Assembly (NCBI RefSeq): GCF_006345805.1
Contig: NW_021826740.1
Coordinates: 1 to 12,061, forward strand
From: Octopus sinensis
Taxonomy: Eukaryota
Length of the DNA: 12,061 nt
Direction: 5' to 3'
Under the pieces are notes generated by a model. It had not been told where the DNA came from and did no database searches. It saw only the letters and a list, made by a program, of their open reading frames with translations. The stretch's first letter is position 1. Every line of letters begins with the position of its first letter. Of this stretch, positions 1 through 8,247 are shown piece by piece. The translations under genes were made by a program, and so were the position numbers.

Positions 1-120
1 ATTTTGTTTCGACAGTGGCACACTACACACCGGTCTATTATACGTAGGTGAAGAATATTCATTTATATACAAAACAATAAAGAATAGACTACATATGCTT
101 GCGCGTACCGAGACTTACTA

Positions 121-121
121 T

Positions 122-194
<73 letters not shown>
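121..194. repeat. (GT)n microsatellite
   Basis: Nearly perfect TG dinucleotide run seen directly. Confidence 0.95.
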
Positions 195-197
<3 letters not shown>

Positions 198-258
198 TTT
201 AAGTATATTGTTTCGTGCAGCACTCTTCCAGTTCTTGATTTAAAATACTGTGTATATA

Positions 259-429
259 GGCGCAGGAGTGGCTGTGTGGTAAGTAGCTTGCTTACCAACC
301 ACATGGTTCCGGGTTCAGTCCCACTGCGTGGCATCTTGGGCAAGTGTCTTCTGCTATAGCCCCGGGCCGACCAATGCCTTGTGAGTGGATCTGGTAGACG
401 GAAACTGAAAGAAGCCTGTCGTATATATG

Positions 430-460
<31 letters not shown>

Positions 461-638
461 GTGTGTTTGTGTTTGTCCCCCTAGCATTGCTTGACAACCG
501 ATGCTGGTGTGTTTACGTCCCCGTCACTTAGCGGTTCGGCAAAAGAGACCGATAGAATAAGTACTGGGCTTACAAAGAATAAGTCCCGGGGTCGATTTGC
601 TCGACTAAATGACTGAAACAAGTAAAAGAGTAAAAGAG
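259..638 (+). mobile_element. tRNA-derived SINE, family A copy 1 (CORE-like domain, internal microsatellite)
   Basis: Box A-like TGGCTGTGTGG and box B-like GGTTCAGTCCC are followed by a CORE-like CTTGGGCAAGTGTCTT, an internal (TA)/(TG) tract, a 3' body and a (TAAAAGAG)2 tail. Near-identical to copies at 2301-3490 and 7553-7962. It lacks a 29-nt segment near 609 that the other copies carry. Confidence 0.92.
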
Positions 639-894
639 ACTATACAAGGATGTTTGGTAATCTACAACCAATGCGCAAGTGCATTGAAATGCCGTTATTT
701 CGCAATGTTGATAAACATTCACAGGAAAAATTTCTGAATGGCTTACTTTGTGGCATTCCTTCTGCCGTTCTCGAGGATACTCCTTACTCTACAGAAGAAA
801 TAGATACTACAGAGTGAACTATGTGGAATCCTTGTCCCGTTTATGTGGTGTGAGGAACAAAATCTTGGATTTGTATACCATGTAGTTTTGTATA

Positions 895-985
895 ACTAGG
901 ACTGTATTGTTTAATATGTCACCTTTTCTCTTTAGACACATGGGTGTGAACTGGGAGAGATGTATCTTCTATTCCAAGCATTTAG
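895..985. repeat. Old diverged interspersed repeat fragment
   Basis: Patchy similarity to about 4255-4335 (TTAAT.T.TC...TTT(A)AGAC.....GGTGTGA...TATT.CA.GCA). Family not identified. Confidence 0.35.
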
Positions 986-2012
986 AGTAAGTACATAAAG
1001 TTCCTACAGTAGTTTCTTGTTTATTATTAGGAGGTTCTTTATGTTTCCATCACACTTTTATCGCGATTAATTCAGATTCCAGCTACAAAGAAAAAAAAAT
1101 TAAAAAATTAAAAAAAAACATCAACATCAACAGGGAACCAATAGTGAAGCGATAACAATATCTGATTGTATGTCTGTGTGTGTCTGTGCTTGCGCGTGCG
1201 TGTGCAAATAGAGCGACAAAAGAATATAAAGAAATGAGTAAATATCAAGCGAAATATAAATAAAAATCTAATTAAAGAAAAAATATAAAGAAGGTATTTT
1301 TGGATACAAAATGAAGAATAAACGCAGAGCAAAATAAATAAATAGAAACCTGTAAACTTCGTTTCCCCCTTTTGTATATACAAATACACAGATAGATAAA
1401 TGCTATAACATATCTGAATTAGAAGTATAAATACTAACATATGTACGCTTATGTAAATATACGTCTATGTATAAGATATAATAGATCCCACCTGCCTAGT
1501 TATGTAAGTCTATACATTTTTACGGAAATGGTATTACAAGGTTATTACAGAGATTCTGTGTTAGCCAATCACTCCCCTTACAAAATAGTAACAAGTAAGG
1601 TATACAAGACCGATGTCTGACATATAATACTCTATAGAATCTGTAGATCTGCACATACATCCTGCTGATAATATCCATTAAATTTTCCAAAGAAATATAT
1701 AGATGAACATATATATGTGAGTGTATGTGCAGAAAGAGAGAGATGTCGGGGAGAGACACAGCCACGACTTTGTGTAGTGGTTAGCGTGACTATACAGTTT
1801 ACAGCAGATGATTTACGTACCGTTTCCATATACCACTCTCACTCAAAATACAGTGGTCGGTATGAGACTGAACTTGAGTGCACATGCCCAAGTTGAACTC
1901 AGGCCGTGTACTCACGAAGCGAATTTTTTAACACCGCATCGGTGCGTGTTCATGCTTCGGCGGACCATACATACATTTATTTACTTTTTTTTTCTGGTTT
2001 CCATGTAAATAT

Positions 2013-2297
2013 TCTGGGAGTTGTGGCGTGCTCCTGTAATCCAGCTATCCTGAGGCTTGGTTGGTTGGCCAGTTTGAGGATGGGAGTCCTGGTAGTCGGT
2101 CTTCTACGGCGACCGGGTGTCCGCACTAAGCTCCGCATCAATGTGGAGAGGGAGCTCATCAGGACCAGGAGGGTTGCTTCGGCCCAGGGCAGAAACGCAG
2201 CAGGCAAAAGACTCCGTGTCGAACAATAGCGGGGTCGCGCCTGTGAATAGTCGTCGGCTGGCTGCTTGTTCGATATAATTGAACTCCAACCCCTTTT
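2013..2297 (+). ncRNA. 7SL: 7SL / signal recognition particle RNA sequence (variant gene or pseudogene)
   Basis: Metazoan SRP RNA motifs occur in the correct order: Alu domain GGGAGTTGTGGCGTGCTCCTGTAATCCAGCTA (from 2016), GGGTGTCCGCACTAAG (2115-2130), GCATCAAT (2135-2142), helix 8 GGCCCAGGGCAGAAACGCAGCAGG (2181-2204) and TCGCGCCTGTGAATAG (2235-2250). The 3' AACTCCAACC can pair with the 5' GGTTGG..AGTT. It ends in TTTT, total about 280 nt. Confidence 0.93.
2294..2297 (+). terminator. Pol III oligo-T terminator of the 7SL sequence
   Basis: TTTT lies exactly at the expected 3' end of SRP RNA. Confidence 0.65.
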
Positions 2298-2300
2298 AGA

Positions 2301-2459
2301 AGCACAAGAGTGTCTGTGTGGTAAGTAGCTTGCTTACCAACCACATAGTTCCGGGTTCAGTCCCACACCATGGCACCTTGGGCAAGTGTCTTCTACTATA
2401 GCCTCGGGCCGACCAAAGCCTTGTGCATTTGGTAGACGGAAACTGAAAGAAGCTCGTCG

Positions 2460-2520
<61 letters not shown>
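2301..2520 (+). mobile_element. SINE family A copy 2, 5' half plus (TA)n
   Basis: Aligns with 259-422 (head, CORE-like domain, GACGGAAACTGAAAGAAGC..GTCGT) and then runs into (TA)n at 2461-2520. Confidence 0.9.
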
Positions 2521-2521
<1 letters not shown>

Positions 2522-3198
2522 CAGCAGTAATACCCGTCGTTCATCGGATAATTACTTTTACTCTTTCTCAGGAGTCACATTCAAAGTATTATTATATATA
2601 TAATAGATTTCTCAACGGGAATTTCATGGGAGAGTTTCAGGGAGTTGCTGGCGATGTATCGTGATGATCAAAAATATGGCCTGCTAAAATTTGGTTAAAG
2701 TGATTCAAACTGCAGACTCAACGCAAAATGGTCACATTTAATTCAAAGCGTTAAAAATGTTATGAAAACAATTGGTATGTGTTCACAAAGTCCAAACTAT
2801 TAATACGAAAAAACCCTCCAGGCTACATCCCGAAAATTCATTTCTTTTCCGAATTTCTACAATGTTTACGGCGATTCGTTTTTATATCTTGATTTTTTTT
2901 TATTTTTCATGCAATTTACGCATGCTTGCACGAGTGGTGAACACAGTTCACGTCAAACAGCTGACTGAGTAAAATTCACTATTCAATGAATGGAATAAGG
3001 CCAAAACCAACACATTATCGATTTTTGCACTTGCGAGATGAATTTCGGAACAGAAATAGTGCAATTCAATTTCATTCGCCTAAACTTTAAGTGACCCATT
3101 TTTGGTGGTTCTACGATTTGTTGGCTAGGAGGAGATGTGCCGGGAAGTTAAACACACAGACACACACACAGATACACACACAGACACACAAGTTGAGT

Positions 3199-3210
<12 letters not shown>
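2521..3210 (-). mobile_element. Putative non-autonomous Helitron-like element nested in the SINE microsatellite
   Basis: It interrupts SINE A copy 2 within its TA tract. On the minus strand it ends with a hairpin TATCCG-atgaacga-CGGGTA, 6 nt, then CTGG|T, matching the CTRR end of Helitrons. It starts in a TA run followed by a (TGTC/TG) microsatellite, as in Lep1-type non-autonomous Helitrons. The canonical 5' TC is not visible and there is no TIR. Confidence 0.6.
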
Positions 3211-3251
<41 letters not shown>

Positions 3252-3490
3252 TGTGTGTGTGTGTATGTATGTGTCTGTGTGCGCGCGCGCGTTTCTAGTT
3301 GTCCCCATCCCCGCTTGAAAACGCGTGCTGGTGTGTTTACGTCCCCGTAACTTACCGTTCAGCAAAAGAGACCGATAGAATAAGTACTAGGCTTACAAAG
3401 AATAAGTCCTGGCTCCGATATGTTCGACTAAAGACGGTGCTCCAGCATGGCCGCAACCAAATGACTGAAACAAATAAAAGAATAAAAGAA
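3211..3490 (+). mobile_element. SINE family A copy 2, (TG)n plus 3' half
   Basis: Aligns with 460-638 and 7730-7956 (TGCTGGTGTGTTTACGTCCCCGT, GATAGAATAAGTACT, CGGTGCTCCAGCATGGCCGCA, ATGACTGAAAC). Tail is (TAAAAGAA)2. Confidence 0.9.
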
Positions 3491-3672
3491 TTATCTTTTC
3501 TGGGGCCAAAAATATAAATATTTTTGTGGATATTGAATAATAAATATATCAACTTTAATTGTAGTATACATGTGCTTATCAACCCTACAGCTCAGTTCTA
3601 TTCAACAAGTTTATTTCCCTAAGAGGGTGCAAAAAAACCCAACTAAATGTCGGAAATGTAAGCGGCTGTTGT

Positions 3673-4171
3673 CTTCTTCTTCTTCTTCTTCTTCTTCTTC
3701 TTCCAGTCAGGACTCACGCCATTAGCCACAAAGAATAATCTCTAGTTCGAGCCTACTTTAACCTACTAAGAATGCGTGTGGCAAGTTGAAGGTCCACCCA
3801 GCACACGCGATAGACTGGCGGTTGCGCGGGCGCGAAAGCTACATTGTTATCCTCATTCCGTAAGCGGTGGTTTTTAACGGGTGGTGAGCTGAACTATCCT
3901 GGGGGTACAGAGGATTCGCAATCTAGACTTAGGGTCTAAAAGTTTACCACACAATAGTGGGTTACATCATGATTCCTCTGCTTTGTGGCAGAAATCGGAA
4001 GAAAGAGTGATGAAAGAGTACAGCGGGGTTCACCACCTCCTCGCGCCGGAGCTTCGTGGACCTTAGGTGTTTCTCCTCAATAAACACTCACAATGCCCGG
4101 TCTGAGAATCGAAACCGCGTTCTTACGACCGCGAGTCTGCTGCCCTAACCACTGGGCCATTGTGCCTCCAC
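3673..4171 (-). mobile_element. Full-length tRNA-derived SINE, family C, with (GAA)10 tail and 12-bp TSD
   Basis: The minus strand begins GTGGAGGCACAATGGCCCAGTGGTTAGGGC (box A) and contains GGTTTCGATTCTC (box B-like). It ends in a (GAA)10 tail at 3673-3703. A perfect direct repeat AGCGGCTGTTGT flanks it at 3661-3672 and 4172-4183. Confidence 0.9.
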
Positions 4172-4183
4172 AGCGGCTGTTGT

Positions 4184-4350
4184 TGTTTATCCTCATGTGC
4201 TCAGTGGCATTTCTGTCGTGTCCATCGTGATTTTTTTTTCATGAATGACTTAGCGGATATATTAATGTCTCCTTTCTGTGTTTAAGACTGTATGGTGTGA
4301 TTCGATGAATATTTTGGTGATATTTCACGCAAGCAGTGCAAAGGATTAGA
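4184..4350. repeat. Old diverged interspersed repeat fragment
   Basis: Patchy similarity to about 895-985. Family not identified. Confidence 0.35.
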
Positions 4351-6473
4351 GCAGCATCTTCCTAAATATAAGTCGCTAAGATAGTCTTTTACTCATAAAA
4401 TGTCTTAGAAAATATAAAAAAAAATATATTTATGAATACCATATATATTAAACCATTGGTATAACAATTATAACACATTTGCAGCAAGCAAAACTAGCTC
4501 CATAAAGTATCAGGTGTTAAACTTATGAATAGTTTTGGAAAAATGCTTTTGCATTTTTTAATCTAAAATACTTAAAAAGTTAGGAAGTACTGTTGATTTA
4601 CCAAAATGGGAGTCGATGCGAAATTTTAGAGGATGTTGGTTAGTGTCTTTTAACAGCTTATATAGAAATATGTTGATATAGATGAGCAGAAGACAAACAC
4701 TTTGAGATACTGGTAATTTTAATGGCTAATAGTAGAAAATACAATCAACTAGTGTCTACACATGGAGTCAAAGAAACTATGCTTTCATTTCTTAAATTGT
4801 GGTATCGTGAAAAGTTCGTTCCAGTTACCTACCAGAATCTCAATAGTGTATATCAAACATAGTTTTAATTATATATATTCGTTTTCTTCAAGACAACTTG
4901 AAGAAAACCTGTTTTCGTTTATGTCTAATAGCTGATTTACTTCTGTCCATAATTACCAAGTTCAGATCTCGATGGACGGACTTTACTTTTTAACTATTCT
5001 TTACATAAAACAAGAACATTTTCATCTACTTGTCTATGTTATCGACTCTGCATATAAAATACTAGACCTGTACCTAACCAAAATCAATTATCTTTTCCTT
5101 CTTCTATTACAGTTAACAGAAAAGATATTGGGCGTTAGGATAGAATATATTTATCTTTGTACTGCATTTCATTTTTGCTTACATACCATATTATTAATAT
5201 ATGAGTTATGTATGATGGTATATGTATCTCACAAACTGGAGAAAGGGGAAAAAATATTGGTTGCTTTTCGTTTATTCTTTTTTGATTCCATCGATCACTA
5301 TGATGTTATTTTCTTTCTACCTCCAGCCTACTTAAACTTACTAACTACAATCATGCTTTATTCTTAGTTTTTTTCCTTCTTCCTTCTTCATTCATATCAT
5401 AATTATATAGTGATATAACTATTGTTTAAATATTTATATTTCGTATATAAGAAAAATCAGTGGAACATATACTATTGTCTCTATCATTCAGCATAAATCT
5501 TTATCAAATAAGCTTCCATGTGTATCACGTATTGTGTTTATCTTCCAAAAACATTTTATAATGGTACCAGTTTGTTTTAGCTACAGCCTTTAGTCTTTAC
5601 TCGCACTTTTCTTGCAAATATTAACCTACAAACGCACAGACTAAACTGCATTACCATCACAAGATTAGAAGAGATCGGAGTGCAAAATTCCTGGAACACA
5701 GTGACTACTGCGACTAGATTATAAAATAAATTTCTGGCATATCTAATATCTTTATGATCGAAACGCAAATTCTCGCACTAGCGGTAATTTTTTTTTTTTT
5801 TTTTTACTGTCCTGCCGTGAGCTTTTATTCAATTTACCCTAGAGATTCCAGTAGAGCAGGTCAGTTGTCACATTCTGTTTGCGAAGAACCCGAATCCCTC
5901 TGTCGCAAACATTCATATATAGAGTGGTATGTGGACTTCTGGAACATCTTTTTGCTTCTTACTTCATATCTGTTGCACAGCATTACAAGAATTACAGCGA
6001 TCCTAGTTTTAAAAAAAACTATTCTAGTGCTAGTTTGAATAGGAACGTAAGATTTCAACAATATCCTTGCAATTCACCTCAGGAGGTATTGTGACTTGGT
6101 AAAAAATTCGAAAATCATACTGAATTATCAATGTATATTCCATTCACATCTCTTTGGAGAAAAACATAACACTAAAATGTCAGAACCCATATCTCCTCAC
6201 GCTACAGAATTGAATTAAATTTAAATATTTTGTGCCGGCGCTAATCTTCAATACGTTCTCAATCTTTTGTTATATTTGCCAATAAAATATATCGTCACTG
6301 TTTGTCCTTAGTCAAACACTTAGTGTGAGATCAATGAATTATAGCGTATGGATATAGTGTTGTTGTCACTGTTGTTGTTTAACCTAAGACAATCTTTAAT
6401 AGAATCTCTTCAGGCCATGCTGTGTACAGTTGTATCGTCAGCTTTCTGGTTGCCACGCATGTGTGTCTGAGAC

Positions 6474-6810
6474 TGAATGAATGACCCCCTTCGGTCAGAC
6501 ACTGACCATGGGTTTGCACCTAGAGAGTTACCCTCTGAGGCACAAGTCTGGGCAAGGTTGTTTTATGGAAGACCAGCAGTCGCCCATTCATACCGGCCTC
6601 CCCTCTCCACGTCACCGATGTTGTCCAAGGGAAAGGCAAGGGCCAATACAGCTTGGCACCTGTGACGTCGCAACTCATTTCTACAGCTGAGTGAACTGGA
6701 GCAACAGGAAATAAAGTGTCTTGCTCAAGAACACAACACGCAGCCCGGTCCGGGATTCGAGCTCACAACCTCACGATCGTAAGCTCGATGCTCTAACTAC
6801 TGAGCCACGC
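6474..6810 (-). mobile_element. tRNA-derived CORE-like SINE, family B
   Basis: Minus strand reads GCGTGGCTCAGTAGTTAGAGC (box A), GAGCTCGAATCCC (box B-like), then CORE-like GTGTTGTGTTCTTGAGCAAGACACTTTATTTC...CAGCTGTAGAAATGAG. A 3' hairpin GGTCAG-nnn-CTGACC lies at 6493-6507, followed by a short (ATTC)n tail. Confidence 0.88.
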
Positions 6811-6838
6811 TATATAAGACTATATAAGAGCATTTAAG

Positions 6839-7225
6839 CATGGAATCAAACATCGGAAATCCGATGCTGTGCTGGTAGACAAGGAAAAATGTCTCGATCA
6901 TAAACACTGCGAAAAGATAGCAGAATTGCTGAAAATGTAGGTAAAAAACCGAGATGTATGACGCTCTGAAGGAATTTAAAAAAACGAAATACCTACAGTC
7001 GATGAGAAAGATGTATATTGCACAAATGATTGTAGGTGCTCCAGGTATAGCGAGCAAAAGAAATTGAAAAGTGGTTGGAACGATAGGAATAAAAATGAAA
7101 CTATAAAGTATGCAGAAAACACGTTAGTCAACAAGTCTTCGAGACGTGAAGTGAACACGCCATCTTAATTCAGAGAACAGTTTGGTACATTAATGACATC
7201 TGCAGCAACAATCTGAGTTAGTCAG

Positions 7226-7227
<2 letters not shown>
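6839..7227 (+). mobile_element. Decayed 3' fragment of an R4/Dong-like RLE non-LTR retrotransposon
   Basis: Frameshifted translation gives HGIKHRKSDAVLVDKEKC..IINTA (degenerate RKPD...IID endonuclease motif) from 6839, then DSRIAE, EMYDALK, MRKMYIAQMIVGAPGIASK (7002-7058) and KWLER. It ends directly in (TAA)n. Confidence 0.7.
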
Positions 7228-7292
<65 letters not shown>

Positions 7293-7401
7293 TAATAATA
7301 ATAACAACAACAACAACAAAAAAATGATGATAATGATAATGATGATGATTATAATAATAAAAATGATGATGATAAGGATGATGCTGATGATGATGATGAT
7401 G

Positions 7402-7467
<66 letters not shown>
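7228..7467. repeat. Compound (AAT)n/(AAC)n/(GAT)n microsatellite
   Basis: Seen directly. Confidence 0.97.
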
Positions 7468-7468
7468 G

Positions 7469-8195
7469 ATGTGGCATCTCAAGGCGTCTACAGTACCAGT
7501 GATTGTAGGATCTCCAGGAATGATAAAAAAAAGGTACCGAAACCTATTTGAAAGAAGTGGCTGTGTGGTAAGTAGCTTGTTTATCAACCACATGGTTCCG
7601 GGTTCAGTCTCACTGCGTCGCACCTTGGGCAAGTGTCTTCTACTATAGCCTCGGGCCGACCAAAGCCTTGTGAGTGGATTTGTTAGACGGAAACTGAAAG
7701 AAGCCTGTCGTATATATGTAAATATATATATGTGTGTGTGTGTATGTGTGTGTTTGTGTGTTTGTCCCCCTAGCATTGCTTGACAACCGATGCTGGTGTA
7801 TTTATGTCCCAGTTACTTAGCGGTTCGGCAAAAGAGGCCGATAGAATAAGTACTGGGCTTACAAAGAATAAGTCCCGGGGTCGAGTTGCTCGATTAAAGG
7901 CGGTGCTCCAGCATGGCCGCAGTCAAATGACTGAAACAAGTAAAAGAGTAAAAGAGAGAGAGTTACCATCCCTACAGGAAGTGCAAAAAATCGTATTAAC
8001 TGGAATGGCTCATGTACTGAGAAGAGCACTATCGCTGTGAAAATAACATCCATCCATGAATTTATTTATATGTTAATTTTTAGATACATATTTTATCTGT
8101 GAATTTGCGCGTGTAATCTGGGGATGCATGCAATGCCCTTCCCTGCCCTAGGTTCATGGAAAACACTCGGTGAGAAACGGAAGAAAAGAAGGAAA
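7469..8195 (+). mobile_element. 5'-truncated R4/Dong-like RLE retrotransposon 3' end, interrupted by a SINE
   Basis: 7469-7552 translates MWHLKASTVPVIVGSPGMIKK, then a +1 frameshift in an A8 run, then GTETYLK. After the SINE, 7963-8040 gives LPSLQEVQKIVLTGMAHVLRRALSL*. Together these resemble the C-terminus of R4-clade RLE proteins. A 3' UTR of about 155 nt follows, and (TAA)n flanks both sides. Confidence 0.8.
7553..7962 (+). mobile_element. SINE family A copy 3 (about 6 nt 5'-truncated)
   Basis: Colinear and highly similar to 265-638. Includes the internal microsatellite, the complete 3' body and a (TAAAAGAG)2 plus (AG)n tail. Confidence 0.93.
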
Positions 8196-8211
8196 AATAA
8201 TAATAATAATG

Positions 8212-8247
<36 letters not shown>

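Noticed and set aside
89-487. ORFs with the recurring peptide WSARGYSRRHLPK (also 2296-2544 and 7222-7776)
   Set aside because: These are antisense translations of SINE family A, not a protein family.
650-817. 55-codon ORF MFGNLQPMRKCIEMPLF...
   Set aside because: Short, no recognisable domain and no supporting gene structure.
1787-1815. GACTATAC...GATGATTT resembling the U3 snoRNA 5' end
   Set aside because: No downstream U3 boxes C', B, C or D in the right arrangement.
2145-2163. GGAGAGGGAGCTCATCAG resembling the RNase P RNA 5' region
   Set aside because: It lies within 7SL helix 6, and no RNase P conserved regions are present.
1906-2344. Several ORFs of 61-107 aa in the GC-richer island
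   Set aside because: They overlap the 7SL RNA sequence, and the higher GC content explains the lack of stop codons.
3908-3980. Canonical hammerhead ribozyme
   Set aside because: The topology fits, but the core lacks exact CUGANGA and GAAA. Kept only as a structured domain.
4090-4171. Functional tRNA genes at SINE heads (also 6745-6810, 259-330 and 8960-9055)
   Set aside because: No complete cloverleaf or acceptor stem, and each continues into a SINE body and tail.
4972-5367. 131-aa hydrophobic ORF
   Set aside because: Composition reflects AT-rich DNA (F, L, I, Y), with no recognisable motif.
6452-6810. GCCACGC at 6452-6458 and 6804-6810 as a TSD of SINE B
   Set aside because: The second copy is part of the SINE head itself, and the first is not adjacent to the tail.
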